DNA from: Eledone cirrhosa
Lineage: Eukaryota
DNA: 64,000 bases
Reading direction: 5' to 3'
Assembly: GCA_964016885.1 (NCBI GenBank)
Contig: OZ024743.1
Location: 250,790,001-250,854,000, forward strand
The stretch's first letter is position 1; each line of letters opens with the position of its first letter. Positions 40,131 through 53,100 of the stretch are shown piece after piece. The notes beneath the pieces are model-generated. The model made no database searches. It was not told where the DNA came from and saw only the letters and a list, made by a program, of their open reading frames with translations. The position numbers and the translations under genes were made by a program.

Positions 40131-40849
40131 GACCACTAGCATGGGATATAAAACATTTTTGGACGATGATAAAATTTGAGGCGCTCCCAGTTGCAGTTGG
40201 ACCATCGTTAGAAAACAATACTCCTTGGAATTACTAGAATACTCAGAAAAGTGGTTGGGAATTGAAGGTGTCACCTCACTTCACTGGTTGTGGACAGCTG
40301 GCACCAGAATTACATCACCAGCAAAAGATGATGTGTGACAAGCGGATAATAGTAATAGTACTATCTTTATTAGCTACACAAGGCTTACATCACGAAAACA
40401 TAAAAGATGGCACAATACAATACAGCGTAATTTTTTAGTGTAAAAAAAATGTTTAACAGAAACAACAAACATGCAAACATTAAAGCAAACGAAAATTCCC
40501 CAATAAGGGGGAAACTTACGAGGGTCACTCGTGGCGAAGGCCGAGAAAATTCCACGGACACACAGACCACTAGGGTAAGGATCCCATCTACCTTTCAACA
40601 AACTGGCTGGAAGGTAGCACTTCCCTCCTCATCTTGATTTTTCTCTTCAAGAATTTTAAATGTGTTTATGATATATAACTTATACTTAATTAGTTCGTGG
40701 CACTTAATTGTTGAAACAGACGTTGCTTGTATATATACATACATATATGCAAGAGATGTCAACATGAATGGACCTGTTATTTTTATCTAAAGAGATTTTT
40801 TCCAATTCCAACCCACCCGTCTCCTCAATCTATCTTATTTCTCTTTCTT

Positions 40850-40885
40850 TCTTCTGATGAAGGACTAGCCTCCGAAACGCTAAGA
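40850..40885 (+). ncRNA. Minimal hammerhead (one core change) in a roughly 230-bp repeat also present at 55538-55745
   Basis: TCTT CTGATGA AGGA CTAGCC TCC GAAA CGCT AAGA; the homologue at 55623-55659 reads CTGATTA..AAAACGTTAAGA. Confidence 0.55.
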
Positions 40886-40970
40886 CCCTCTTCCTGCTAT
40901 ATCAAGCGTTAACCTAATATATCCCTTCCATATACTGTACCGATTGTGTTGTTATATCTGTTTACCTTTT

Positions 40971-41029
<59 letters not shown>

Positions 41030-41030
<1 letters not shown>

Positions 41031-41180
41031 CGAAGCAAGTGTGGTAAGGAACCAGATGGACCATAACGCACCAGAGTACTCAATACTTAGGGTAGTAGAG
41101 TAGGTAATAGGAAAATGTTTAACCCCGACGGCAGAGCTCAAGTCGTTTCGACGGCTATTTCCTTACCACACCTCCTTCGT
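41030..41180 (-). mobile_element. Short copy of the Naiad-like Penelope 3' end plus an inverted terminal 20 nt, in (TA)n
   Basis: Matches 45562-45692 in reverse complement; CCTTACCACACCTCCTTCGT re-inverted at 41161-41180. Confidence 0.85.
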
Positions 41181-41192
41181 TATATATATATA

Positions 41193-41248
<56 letters not shown>

Positions 41249-41611
41249 CTAGGTATAGCCAAACACTTTCTCTTTAATATAGAACTGTCTAGTTACCATT
41301 AAACATAGGTATTTTCCATTTTCCTTACACGGTAATAATTTCCATAAAAAATATAAGAAAACTCCACTAACACTACCATGTCAGTTTGAGTGAGTCTTTA
41401 ATATATTGAACGAACCAAGGCTAACAATAAAATACTTTCTTCAATAAAAGATTCGTCATCTGTGGTCTTTAAATATAAAAAAAAAAGGTTACACCGTTCT
41501 TTCACTGAATTAAATAACGTTTTATATAAGAACTGTGTTAATACTGATCGTTTGTCAACAAACTCGCAAATTTCTTCCATTTTTACCTCCACTCAACTTC
41601 GTTTTTTTAAT

Positions 41612-41800
41612 AAATAATTGTTTCTACTTTTGGCACAAGGCCAGCAATTACCCAGTGCATTACTGGTACTTTATTTTATCGACCCCGTAAGGATGAAAGG
41701 CAAAGTTAACCTCAGCGAGATTTGAACTCAGAATGGCAAGGGCCGTAACTCTATGCGTCAAAGCATGGCGTCCGACCCTCTACCAATACTGCCAATCCAC
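41612..41800 (-). mobile_element. SINE family 2 copy
   Basis: Near-identical to 39395-39590. Confidence 0.85.
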
Positions 41801-42480
41801 CTTAATAAATAATGTAGAATATATAGCTACAACATTTTTTCCGATGCTGCATAATACGATATTTGTCTATCAACATGCTGCAATAATTGATCTTCTGCAC
41901 ACCAGTTAGGTACACCATTTTCTTACCTATCTCATTTCGTTTTATGATGTCCATATCAACCTTGGATTACAGTGTATTATATACGACTCTTCTTGCTACT
42001 ATCATCACTACTGACTCAACATATTATGTTTCTAAGCCATGTTGATATAACTCAGTATAATTCAACATACACCCAGCATGGGAAACATGGAAGTAGTCTC
42101 AGAGCTAAACAATAATTATGTTAATAAAATGTAGTTTGCTTGAAGTACTGTATATAATATATAATGTGGGAAGTGATGTAAGGCTAAACGATGCAAAATA
42201 CTCGGTAAGATGAAGGTAACGAAACATTTTGCTGTTGTTTCTTTCGTCTTAATATCTCGGGACTTAAAATTCCCTTCTTCAGAATATAAGGAACTCACAT
42301 AAAAAAAATGTTGGTTTTACATCGGGACATTGACCAGTGACATCATATTTTCAACAGCGAATCAAATGCCAAACCAATTCAGTGTTCAAACATTTTGTTT
42401 TTACAGATTGGTTTGATCATCTCACTGAAATTCGTAGTTTAAACGTTCGACACTAAGGGTGTCCTAATGATATGTGTGTA

Positions 42481-42572
<92 letters not shown>

Positions 42573-42794
42573 ATACAGCCCCTAACTCATCTGAGAAGTC
42601 AGTAGCCTTCACTAAATATCGATTTGGAATTCTGTCTATGACGACCCATTCATCCCGTTAAATGATAATGTATTCAGCGATGTTACACAGGGGAATGGAT
42701 TGAGTCGACCATTCAATACCAGGAACTGTTCACCCAAGGGGTTGATGTGACAAGTAAACTACCTGTAAGTCAAGTAGTTCTAATAATTAAATAT

Positions 42795-43005
42795 ATATCA
42801 TCATCATAATCATCACCGTTTAACGTCCATATTTCCACGCAAACATGAGTTAGACAGGTTCTCTCATTTGAGGCTGATTGAGTCAGCTGACCGTGTCTTG
42901 GTCACACAGAAATGTTTATGACTTGGTTTCTACGAGTGGATGTCCTTCCTAATGCCAACTACATTTACAGTGTATGCAGGGTGCTTTTTGTCGTGACACC
43001 TAAAC
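42795..43005 (-). mobile_element. RTE 3' UTR fragment
   Basis: (CAT)n..TTTAACGTCC..GGATGTCCTTCCTAATGCCAAC..GGGTGCTTTTTGTCGTG. Confidence 0.65.
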
Positions 43006-43240
43006 GAACACACACACACGCACACACATATATATATATATTCATTTATGTTGTGTGGTTCACCAATGGTTAGAGCTGGTCATTCTGTTTAGTTAACCAT
43101 GATACAATAGTAAGAGAAGCACACTATGTTGTGCAATACATCCATCGTTGATGTTGAATCCCGTGGCTGGTATAGGAATGGAGTTAAATATTTATTTAGC
43201 CATCTATAGTATTACATATATATATATATGTATATATATA

Positions 43241-45691
43241 TAGGAAAATGTTTAACTCCAAAGGCAGAGCTCAAGCCGTTTCGGCGGCTATTTCTGGACT
43301 AAATAAAAAATTTTAGCGTGGTTATAAATATCCGAACCTTTCAAGGGGTAATTCCTTATATGGGAATATTGTAGTTGTCAAAAGGATTGGTCAAAATTTC
43401 TTCTAAACACAATTAAGTCTTTCTTGGTGGTAGGTGGGATGTGGGATGGCTGAACTTGCCCGTAGAACAATGAGGGAGTGGGTGGAGCCGGTCAAGCGTT
43501 GAAAGTGAATTCTATACAGCAAATTCTAAGAAGTGTGTATGGAATTAGGCTAAGTAGAAAGCAGGCGAAAAAGAATTCTGGGGGAATTTGAGAGTGGGAT
43601 GTTATAAAATTAAAAGGTTAATAAATTGAGATTAAAAGATAATAAATAAAAAAAATAATAAATGAAAATAACAAAATTAAATAGTAACAAAGTATGGGCG
43701 TGACCTACTCGGCCGAGGGGATCGATCTTATAGGATTAATCCTACTACATAAACTCACCGAAATGTTTCCTGCATTCGGCGGTGGATTGTACCAAGACGA
43801 TGGGGTCTTTACCCTCAAAGGGTACAACCCCAGTAGTACAGACCGGGTCTGTAAACAACTAATCAACTTCTTCCGGGACTGTTGATTTAAAATCACCCTA
43901 AAACGTCCCTAACTCGAGTCAATTTCCTGGACGTTACCCTCAACCTCGAAAATGATCTGTACTACCCATACAGGAAACCAAACGACAACCTTCACCACAT
44001 CCACCGCCGCTCTAATCATCCTGGAAAGATCACCAATAACCTGGTTAAAAACATCTCCCTCCGCATATCTCGTTTGTCCGCTAATGAGCAGATATTCCAT
44101 GAACATGCGCCTTATTACAATCAGGCCCTCAAACGAAGCGGCTTTCGGGAGGAAATCTCCTTTTATCCAGCTTCCCCTAGCGGAACCAGCAGGCGACGCC
44201 GCCGCTCATGCCACGTAACGTGGTTTCACCTTCTCCACAATGCCGAGGTGGCAACACCAATCGGAAAATTTTCTTTAGGCTCCTCGAAAAACACTTCCCA
44301 CCACAACATAATCAACAAAACACTATCAAACACTCTTACAACACAACACCCAACTTCCCACAAAACATCGCCTCCTCAAACAACAAGAAACTCAACTCCT
44401 ATGGAAGAAACAACCTAGACATTAGTGGAGAGCCGACCAGGAGGTGTAACTGGCCTGATAGATCTACGTGCTCCCTCAATAACAGATGCCGAGAACGTTA
44501 CGTGATCTACCAATGTACGTGAAACTCCAACAAAGCCTATATAGCCGTAACCGCTTGTGACTTTAAGACCCGGCTCTACCAACACCAACATACGTTCCGA
44601 AACCCGGCCCAGCGACATGCCACTACACTTTCGGGCCACATGTGGGACCTCCAAGATAACAACATAACATACAATCTTACTTGGAGCTTACTGTCCAGGA
44701 TTAATTCCTGCACAGGAAGACGCCGTTCGTGTAGCTTATTCTCGGAGGAAACAATACAAATGGTGTTTACGAAGGACCAACTCCTAAACAAAAAAGACGA
44801 ACTTGTAGCTGCATGTAAACACCGATTGCGTAGGACTTACCTCGCCCTCAAGCCCCCTCATGACTCGGGTGGGTAGAAAATGGCTGCAGCATCCTTCTTT
44901 TCCCCACTTGCCGAATAAGATTGGGGAAACCCCAGCATACATGGGTAGATGTATTTCTTTTCTTTTTCCCTTTATCTCTTCTTTTCACTTCCTTCCACTC
45001 CCTCTCCCCTTTCTTTTCCTTTTTCCTCTTTCGCCCACCTGAGGCAGCCCATCGGGCTTTTGTAGCCTCAGTACCCCACCCCAGTAAATTCTATATAGCA
45101 TTGGCCGAAAACGCAATACAAGCTAACAATATAGCAGCTGCTTTAGACTCTAGATATTTTTTTATTTGTTACTATTTAATTTTGTTATGTTTTTAATTAT
45201 TTTATTATTTATTAACTTTTAACCACAATTTATTAACCTTTTAATTTTATAACTTCTCACTCTCAAATTCCCCCAGAATTCTTTTTCGCCTGCTTTCTAC
45301 TTACCCTAATTTCATACCCACTCCTTAGAATTTGCTGTATAGAATTCACTTTCAACGCTTCACCAGCTCCACCCACTCCCTCATTGTTCTACAGGCAAGT
45401 TCAGCCATCCCCACCTCCCACCTACCACCAAGAAAGACTTAATTGTGTTTAGAAGAAATTTTGAGCAATCCTTTTGACAACTACAATCTTCCCATATAAG
45501 GAATTACTCCTTGAAAGGTTCGGCTATTTACTACCACACTCAAAATTCTAATTTAGTCCAGAAATAGCCGTAGAAACGGCTAGAGCTCTGCCGTCGGGGT
45601 TAAATATTTTCCTATTATCCACTCTACTACCCTAAGTATTGAGTACTCTGGTGCGTTATGGTCCCTCTGGTTCCTTACCACACTTCCTTCG

Positions 45692-45692
<1 letters not shown>
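43241..45692 (+). mobile_element. Penelope-like element (Naiad-like), 5'-truncated, with an inverted pseudo-LTR, inserted in (TA)n
   Basis: 43241-43691 is the reverse complement of 45165-45614; the 78-nt 3' tail is not duplicated; coding remnant lies between; TA on both sides. Confidence 0.88.
43694..44876 (+). pseudogene. PLE RT C-terminus plus GIY-YIG endonuclease (frameshifted)
   Basis: MG..SAE..LIGL, GLYQDDG, VNFLDVTLNL..PYRKPN..SNHP, CNW..CSL..C..VIYQC..YIAVT..FKTRLYQH..TTLSGHMWDL..LLNKKDELVAACKH. Confidence 0.85.
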
Positions 45693-45741
<49 letters not shown>

Positions 45742-45743
<2 letters not shown>

Positions 45744-48201
45744 TTTACTCTTTTACCTGTTTCAGCCATCCGGCTGAGGCCATGCTGGGGCACCGCCCTT
45801 GTTGCTACACATTTTATCTCCAGCCGCCTGTATAGGTTGGCCACTGGTGCAGGAGGGAGTTTGTTGCTGCTGCCCTTAGGTTTCCCTCGTGTCTTGCTGT
45901 GGGCTCATCCGGGATCCTGGATAACAAGGTGTCGAGATGTTTCTTAAAGACATCCACCTCCACGTCATGCAAGTCTCTTAGATGCCTCGGCAGCCTATTG
46001 AAGAGTTGAGGGCCCTTGAATCCCAGGCTATTGCAATACCTGCTCCTTATTCTAGATGTGGAAGACGGGACCTTTGGCACCACACAGTGACGTCCTGTTC
46101 GACGGTTGGTCCAGCTCCCAATGCCAAAGTTTGGCGCTAGTCCCTCCAGGATTTTCCACATGTAGATCCCTGCGTATCTCTCCCGTCTTCGCTCCAAGGA
46201 GTAGAGGTTCAGTTCCTTTAGCCTCTCCCAGTAGCTTGTCTCCCTCATCTTGGCAATCCTCTTGGTGTAGCTTCGCTGGATTGCCTCAAGCTCCGTGGTT
46301 AGTTTGACACTATGGGGTGACCACAACTGGGAGCAGTAGTCCAGGCGGCTTAGGACAAAAGTCCTCCACAGTGTCAACATGGTGTCTCGATCTCTTGTCC
46401 GGAAAGTCCTCAAGATCCAGCCAGCGAGTCGTCTGCATGTTGTCGCCACTTTCATGATGTGTGAAGAAAAAGATGCATCATCGATCATGTCTATGCCCAG
46501 GTCTCGTATCGATTTTGACACGGGGATATCGGTCCCTCCTGGTCCTGTGTAGCTGTGTTCCACTATATTTGTGTTTGCAGGTTTGTATTGTAGGGCTTGG
46601 AATTTGCCAGCATTAAACTGCATGTTGTTTTCTTCCGCCCATCTGTATATGGCATCCAGATCCTGCTGTAAAAGGGCAGCGTCAGCCGGGTTTTTGATTG
46701 CCTGTGCTACCTTAGTGTCATCAGCATAGCTAGTGAGGGATGTTGTTGCATGCACCACAGAGGGCATGTCCGAGAGAGCCACCAAAAACAGTAGTGGTCC
46801 CAGGACTGTCCCCTGGGGCACCCCACTTGTCATCGGTGTCTCCCTCGAGAGGGCCCCATTTGCTGCGACTGCCTGGCTTCTGTCCCTTAGGAAGCTATGC
46901 AGCCACTCACCTACTTTTCCAGTTATGCCGAGTCCGTGTAGTTTGTGACATATCATTCCGTGGTCGACCTTGTCAAAGGCCTTCGCAAAGTCAAGATATA
47001 TCACGTCCACGTGTGAGCTGTCTAGTAGTTGTCTCAGTACCCAGTCGTAGTGATGTAGCAGCTGTGTAAGGCAGCTTCTTCCTGGGCGGAAGCCATGTTG
47101 CGTGCTAGTCAGGCGGTCATTTTCTTCGAGGAAAGTGATTAGTTTCTTTCTGACGACTCGCTCCATGACCTTACTGATATGCGACGTCAGGGAGACTGGC
47201 CTATAGTTCTTGGCCTCCGCTCTACTACCTCCTTTATGGATAGGGCATATTGTGCCTTCTTTCAGCTCCCTGGGTAGTACACCGCTAGCCAAGGAGCTTC
47301 TGAAGAGCATCTTCAGTGGAGTTGCTAAGGCCCGCTTACATATTTTTAGGAGAACTGCTGGGAACCCATCAGGTCCAGCAGCCGAGTCTGTTCTAATTTC
47401 ATCAATGGCGTACACCACATCCTCCTGCGTTATGTCTATGTGGTTGATGGTTGCCATTTCTTGATGTAGTGTTGTGGCATCAAAGAACTCCTCTGGCTTC
47501 GTTATTTGCATGTGCCTCAGTGGACATGTGAAGACACTTTTGTACTGTTCGTTCAGTATTTCACATATCTCTTGGGGATTTTCGGTTAATGAACCGTCCG
47601 TGTGGAAGAGTGGCCCAATCTTGCAGTGTACTGAGGCAGTTTCTTTTGCAAATTTAAAGAAGGCCTTAGGGTTTGTTTTAATGTTTTCTATGGCCCTGTT
47701 CTCTTTCTTTGCCCTCTCATTCTCATGTGAAAGTTTGAGTGCAATCTCGGTGTCAAGTAGTGCACGTTTCAAATAGGATTCCTTCTTGTTTTTGTTTTGT
47801 TGACTATTCAACTGGTTTGAGAGTTTAGTTCTACGTCTCATAAGGATTTTCCTATCTCTGGGAATAAGATTTTTGTGTCTGTTTGCCTCTTTCTCCGGGA
47901 CACACTTTTTGCATATGGTGTGTATCGTTGTCATGAAGTGTTGAAATTGTGTGTTAGTATCTTGTGTGGCGGTGTTTTCACTCCATGTTTGCTTCCGAAT
48001 TTCACTCTTAATCTTTTTCCAGTTAGCCTTGTAGAAGTTAAGGTTGGATAGCGTCCCGGAGCTTCTTGGTGGTTTTGTCTCTGTTGGTTCTCTTGGACCA
48101 CATATCATTAGCTCTACTAAGTTATGATCCGAGAGAATTGTTGGTGTCACCTTTACATTGTGGATGAGCACTTCGTTGTTTGTAGAACAGAGGTCCAGGA
48201 C

Positions 48202-48203
<2 letters not shown>
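45742..48203 (-). mobile_element. CR1-group LINE, 5'-truncated within the APE domain, RT frame open
   Basis: SDHNLV, AAGPDG, NYRPVSLTS, QHGFRPGRSC, YLDFAKAFD, GVPQGTVLGP, YADD, SRLDYCSQLWSP, YSLERRRER; short stem-loop 3' UTR; TA on both flanks. Confidence 0.92.
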
Positions 48204-48257
<54 letters not shown>

Positions 48258-48374
48258 GTGTGTGTGTATTTGTTCTGACAACTGAATGAATAACGAGCAA
48301 TAAAGCTAAAGTGAAAATTATGTGGCGCATGTTTTTCATTCTATTGGCAATATTGGCAACATGTCCATCCCCAA

Positions 48375-48469
<95 letters not shown>

Positions 48470-48501
48470 AGATCAAAAGATGGTTAAAGGAGTTCCATGT
48501 A

Positions 48502-48568
48502 TTTTATTATGCGCATTTCAAAAACAAACATCATCATGCAATAATATTTGTGTTTTCATCAGATAAAA
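48502..48568 (-). ncRNA. Type I hammerhead (same family as 16237-16303)
   Basis: Same stems and core; differs only in the stem II loop. Confidence 0.75.
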
Positions 48569-48829
48569 CAGGAGAACATGATATGAAGGCTAAAAAACAC
48601 TTGTGGATAGTGCAGTTTTAAATCAACATACTGTAGAGTGCTTCTTATCCGATATCTGCATTGCTTTATTGTACTACAATAACACTCACCTCCTACATTA
48701 TATATATATATATATATATATGTATATGTATATATATATTGTTATACTTGGGGAGGGTCATATTGTTGTAATAATATTGCCAGAAATAATTACAGAACAC
48801 ACTCACTGTTTGGTTGGTTTTCGCTTCTG

Positions 48830-48904
<75 letters not shown>

Positions 48905-48930
48905 GTATAATAATCAATACAATATAATTA

Positions 48931-48998
48931 CCTCATTACCAGAGGTTTCCCGAATAAGACGAATACAAGAAACGTCCTCATTCGTTCGTCAGACAAGG
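48931..48998 (-). ncRNA. Type I hammerhead
   Basis: Minus strand: CCTTGT CTGACGA A-CGAATGAGGACG..CGTCTTATTCG-G GAAA CC TCT GG TA ATGAGG; about 30-nt tail, then (TA)n. Confidence 0.72.
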
Positions 48999-49108
48999 CG
49001 ATTTAAAACATAGTGAAATATTTGAAAAATCTTCTCAAGAAAGGCAAAAGTTTAACGGGCAAAAAAAATATAAATAAAAGTAATGCAAGAGATATATAAA
49101 AAATAAAT

Positions 49109-49410
49109 GTATATATATACATACATGCACACATATATATGTACGTATGGATTTACCGCCGAACATTTATTATAATGCTTGGTTTGTTTGTAAACAAACA
49201 TCCCGAATTAAGCCGTACAGTGTTTAGCAACCATCGTTGCCCTTTTGTTCAACACTGACAAAGGAACGATGTACTAGTTTCAAGCTTATTAGCTATTGTC
49301 AGCACCGTATAAAATTCGGGATGTTTGTTTACAAACAAACCGAGCATTATAATAAATGTTCGGTAAATCCATACGTACATATATATGTGTGCATGTATGT
49401 ATATATATAC
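49109..49410. mobile_element. MITE-like element with about 100-bp near-perfect inverted arms
   Basis: 49109-49209 is the reverse complement of 49312-49410 apart from a 3-nt indel and one mismatch. Confidence 0.8.
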
Positions 49411-49684
49411 ATACTACTGTACGTCTGTATACATATATGTATGTACGTATACATACTTAGATTTAAGTAAAAGCCGTACTAAGAGTGAGAAATGAAATTT
49501 TGTTTCATTTTTTTCATTTATATTTATATAAATATATATGTATAAATACGTACAGACAAAAGCACATACATGCGTTCATACATACAAAAGCGCGCATACA
49601 CACGAAGCACATATATATACATACATGTACATCTAATCACACGCACGCACGTGACCATATATATATATATATACATATATATAT

Positions 49685-49773
<89 letters not shown>

Positions 49774-50181
49774 CACACACACACATATATATATAAGTAT
49801 GTAAAAAACATAGATATTAAAACACACATATACACATGCACGCGCACATACGAATGCATTCGTATACATATACAAGCACGTATACACATATGCACACTTA
49901 CACGCATACATACAATATAAAAACCAGCCGTATGAATAAATGAGTACAAATTATACGCAAGTAAACATACATAAAAGCGGCTGAGGGACAACAGAATATA
50001 TCTGGAGTTGAAAACGCAAGTGACAAGTGTTATCAGGTAGTGAAAGAAAAGGGGAAGTAAAATATGTAAAATTTTGAAGATATAAAGTAATCAAAAAGCA
50101 GAGGCGGGGTCACTGGTGGATGTGAAGTAAAGTTAAAAATAAAGTTAAAAATAAAGTTAAAAATAAAAATAAAAATAAAAG

Positions 50182-53100
50182 TATTGTATGGACTGGGAAT
50201 CGAACTCACAACCTCATTGTTGTATGGACTGTTAAATTTCTATTCAATTTACACGTGCTCACACATTTGCATATGAATCACGTGACCTGGGCAGTCAGTC
50301 AGCGTTGGTATTAAAAACTCGGTCACAGACTGCTACTTACTTTACTTTATGTTATTCTGCTACTGCGAGGAGGGGCGTTTTGGTTGTTTCGCAAATTACG
50401 CAAATTGTTTGATATAACTCGTTGTGTTTTCTCTGCGAGTACCGAGAGGAATACAACAGAGTTTATTGGCGTCGACGATAGGATTTACCTACATTGCCGA
50501 TAGTATTTACCTACATTGCCGGGAAATTGTTTATCACAAAAACATGGCGGAACAACAAACAGCTGAGCTAATAAAGTTGTTTAGAGAACAGATGGAACAA
50601 CAAATGCAACAACACAAGAAAGATATGGACACTCTGATAAAACTGTTTGGTGCTCGAGATTCTGAACAACAGAGTTTATTGGCGTCGCCAGTTGCTTCGA
50701 CACCAACAGCATTCACCCCACCATTTGCTGCTTTTGATTCAACAACAGAACTATGGCCTGATTACTGGTCAAGATTCTGCACGTTTGTGGCTGCTAACGC
50801 TGTACCCGAGCAACGCATGGCACAAGTGTTCCTGACTAATCAGACGGCTGCTATCTACAAACAACTTGCAAATCTGGCTGCTCAACAAATCCGCCTAAGA
50901 ATATCAACAAGTTGACAATGGATGAAATTGTTGACTTCATGAAAGAACAGTTCGACCCAAAACTTTTCATTGTGAGAGAACGTTTCAAGTTCTGGAGTGA
51001 CATGCAACGGAAGCCAGGCGAAACTCTCCAGGAGCTGGCAGCACGTATACGTCAGGATGCAGCTACCTGTGATTTTCCTTCGATCACAAATCCACAAGAT
51101 GAAGCTCTAAGACAGAGATTTATATGTTCTGTCAATAATGAAGCTGTGTTGAAGGCTATTTTCAAGATCAAGGATACAGAACTAGATTTCGCCCGTGCTG
51201 TCCAAGTTTCCATCGGGACCGAAGACGCAGCAAAGGTTGCCAAGGAAACTGTTTACGGTTCCAAAACCAAGCAAGTCTACAAGGTCCAGCAGAACAAGAA
51301 CAAGGGTCCTCGAAAGAACTATCAGCAGTCTTATTCCACAGACCAGGAGATGTGCTACCGATGTGGAAAGGCCCACAAAGCGACAGACTGCCCCTTCAAA
51401 GAAGCCAAATATCATTTTTGTGACAAAAAGGGACATTTGCAAGCGGTGTGTAGAAAGAAACATCAGCAACGTAATCATCGCTCACAGAATTACGTGAAAA
51501 GAATCACGAAAGCTGAGCTAGTCAAGGCGATCCTTGGTGAAGTTCCCCACGATACTCATAGTTTGAATGTGCTAATAACAATCCTGAACAGAATTTTCAC
51601 AATGGAATTGGACACAGCTACTACAGGCAATTTTGTTTCCTTGTCAGTTTGGAAACAATTAGGAAAACCGAAGCTGCAAGATGTCAAACATCGGTTTGAA
51701 TCTGCCAGCAAGCACGACCTGCCCGTTCTGGGAACTTTCATGGGCCAAACCAAGGATCCAATGACCGGTAAACGGAATTCAATACCCTACATCGTCACCA
51801 AGATCCCTGATCTTAATTTGCTGGGACGAAACGCTATCCAGACTCTGGGAATTTCCGTGGACAATGCTCTAGGATTGAAAAGCATAGACAGCCAGGCCAA
51901 GAGTGAGGGTGCAGAAGTGATGCATCCAAAGACCTCAAATGAGCCCTATATTTCCATGCAACGAGATTGTCACAACATGTGTGATGAATTCCCAGATCTC
52001 TTCAAGCAAGAATTGGGATGTCTTAATGACTTCGAACTGGAAGTGAAGTTCAAGTCGGACGCGACACCGGTCTTTCACAAGGCACGCCCGGTCCCGTTTG
52101 CTCTTCGTGATGACCTGGCCAAAGGTTACGAAGAAGGCATCGCCAAAGGAATCTGGAAGCCAATACAGTTCAACGAATACGGAACGCCAGTGGTACCGAT
52201 TCGTAAAGCACATACTTCAGGCAACCTGAAGCCCAAACTACGGATTTTTGGTGACTACTCTGTGGGAATTAATGACCAACTTGCAGATCATCGTCATCCA
52301 ATGCCACTCCCAGTGGAACTGATGCAGAAGCTCGGAGGTGGATTCGGATACACAAAGATTGATCTTGCTGATGCCTATAATCAGATCAAGCTGGCTCCAG
52401 AAAGTCAACGCAGGCTTGCACTCAGCAATCACCGTGGGGTGCTCCTGCAGGAACGACTCCCTTTCGGAATCAAGTCAGCACCTGGTTACTTTCAGGAGAT
52501 CATGGAAAACCTGATTCAAGATCTACCTGGTGTGGCCGTCTTCCAGGACGACATGCTCGTCAGTGGGAAAGATGCAAACGATCACCTGAACAACCTAAAG
52601 TGTCTGCTCACACGTCTGTGCGACAAAGGACTAAGATGTCGCCGTGACAAGTGCCAGTTTGCACTACCCAGTGTAGAATACCTTGGACACACCTTGTCGG
52701 CTGAAGGGATCGCGAAGGGATCGAAGGTCGAAGCAGTTTTAAAGATGCCACCTCCAACGAACGTCTCAAGCTTGAAGTCTTTCCTGGGTTCAGTTCAGTT
52801 CTATGGAAAGTTTATCCCAAACCTGGCCAGCATGGCAGAGCCACTCTATTGCCTTACGAAAAAAACGACTAGTTGGAAGTGGGGAGATGAAGAACAGTCA
52901 GCTTTCGATCAGTTGAAAAATGTGCTTTCATCGGATCGAGTTCTGATACACTTCGATCCAAACAAAACTTTGGGACTGGCTTGCGACGCGTCAAACGTTG
53001 GTATTGGAGCAGTCCTGTTTCATCGCTATCCTGATGGAAGCGAGCGCCCAATATCCAATGTGTCCAAGACTCTTACTTCTGCACAGTGTAACTACGGCCA

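Noticed and set aside
48204-48339. Signal-peptide-like N-terminus of the 841-aa ORF
   Set aside because: Chance read-through across (TA)n; LINE homology stops at about 48203.
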